From: Terriglobia bacterium
GTDB lineage: Bacteria; Acidobacteriota; Terriglobia; Terriglobales; Acidobacteriaceae
Reading direction: 5' to 3'
Assembly: GCA_963752375.1 (NCBI GenBank)
Contig: CAVVYF010000026.1
Coordinates: 82,320-114,319, forward strand
DNA: 32,000 bases
Positions 31,569 to 32,000 of this stretch are shown here, one piece after another; position 1 is the first letter of the stretch, and every line of letters begins with the position of its first letter. The position numbers were made by a program, and so were the translations under genes. The notes beneath the pieces are model-generated. The model had not been told where the DNA came from. It saw only the letters and a list, made by a program, of their open reading frames with translations, and made no database searches.

Positions 31569-32000
31569 CGCTAAGCCGCCCGCCAATGCCGCAATCGCCC
31601 TGGCCGGTGTCGCAGCTCTGCCGTTCACCTTCAGCAACAGATCAGAAATGGTCTCCTGATCGGCCGGCTTCGAGAAGTAATAGCCCTGGGCGAAGCCGCA
31701 GTCCAACTCCTTGAGCTGGTTCACTTGCTCTTCGGTCTCGGTTCCTTCGGCGACTGTCACCAGTCCCAGCGTCTGGGCCAGCATGATGATGACCTGGACA
31801 ATCTTTTGGCTCTCAACGTCGCTGTCCATCTGCGAGATGAAGGCCCGATCGATCTTCAACGAATCTACTGGAAAGCGCTGCAGCCGGCTGAGGGACGAAT
31901 ATCCCGTGCCGAAATCATCCACGCTCAGGCGAACTCCCAACGCCTTCAATTCAGAAAAGACAGAGGCTGCCTTCTCCGGATCGCCCATGGCAATGGTTTC
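31374..32000 (-). CDS. EAL-domain protein (c-di-GMP phosphodiesterase-type), 3' part; continues beyond the window
   Basis: EAL-domain C-terminal motifs are LSVDDFGTGYSSLSRL, LKIDRAFI, VAEGTETEEQ and AQGYYFSKP. The frame is open through position 32000. The last 64 codons and the stop codon (31376-31374) lie inside repeat copy D. Confidence 0.8.
   Translation of the reverse strand, partial: ETIAMGDPEKAASVFSELKALGVRLSVDDFGTGYSSLSRLQRFPVDSLKIDRAFISQMDSDVESQKIVQVIIMLAQTLGLVTVAEGTETEEQVNQLKELDCGFAQGYYFSKPADQETISDLLLKVNGRAATPARAIAALAGGLAVILSEVVASLREATTRSKDRYSILAGGKPTLRNKINYDSGCGVAIGVLRLRTPIRKRIGVLRSG

Overview
This is a GC-rich bacterial chromosomal window with strong G/C third-codon-position bias. 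High GC produces many long antisense shadow ORFs. Gene content and the intergenic repeat families suggest a soil Acidobacteriota/Terriglobia-type organism, but that is inference and is not verified. I support about 27 protein-coding genes. I found no rRNA, tRNA, CRISPR array, transposase or phage genes.

Gene order, left to right:
- RpiR regulator plus a secreted CocE/NonD (S15) hydrolase.
- A secreted amidohydrolase.
- A tetR-Rieske operon (choline-monooxygenase-like), divergent from a CrtI-like flavoenzyme, a DAO-type flavoenzyme and an animal-type betaine-homocysteine methyltransferase. Together these look like a quaternary-amine / C1 island.
- A response regulator, histidine kinase, porin-like OMP and amicyanin-like cupredoxin operon.
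- An M28 peptidase.
- egtB-egtD (ergothioneine).
- A YbiT-like ABC-F ATPase, a small membrane protein, a Gfo/Idh/MocA oxidoreductase and a YkgJ Cys-cluster protein.
- A frame-disrupted Uup-like ABC-F gene.
- lldD-lctP (lactate utilisation).
- A frame-disrupted secreted beta-helix protein.
- The 3' part of an EAL-domain gene.

The least explained signal is non-coding:
- A BIME-like composite palindromic element family, with 4 full copies and 1 relic. It has conserved boxes and hairpins that show compensatory changes. One copy supplies the C-terminal tail and stop codon of the EAL ORF.
- A 37-bp-arm palindrome built from 10-nt subrepeats between lldD and lctP, plus a solo half copy upstream of lldD.
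- A heptanucleotide tandem array.
- A duplicated GC hairpin.

I did not recognise a defence or mobile system. All coordinates of non-ORF features were derived by hand and may be off by 1-2 nt.
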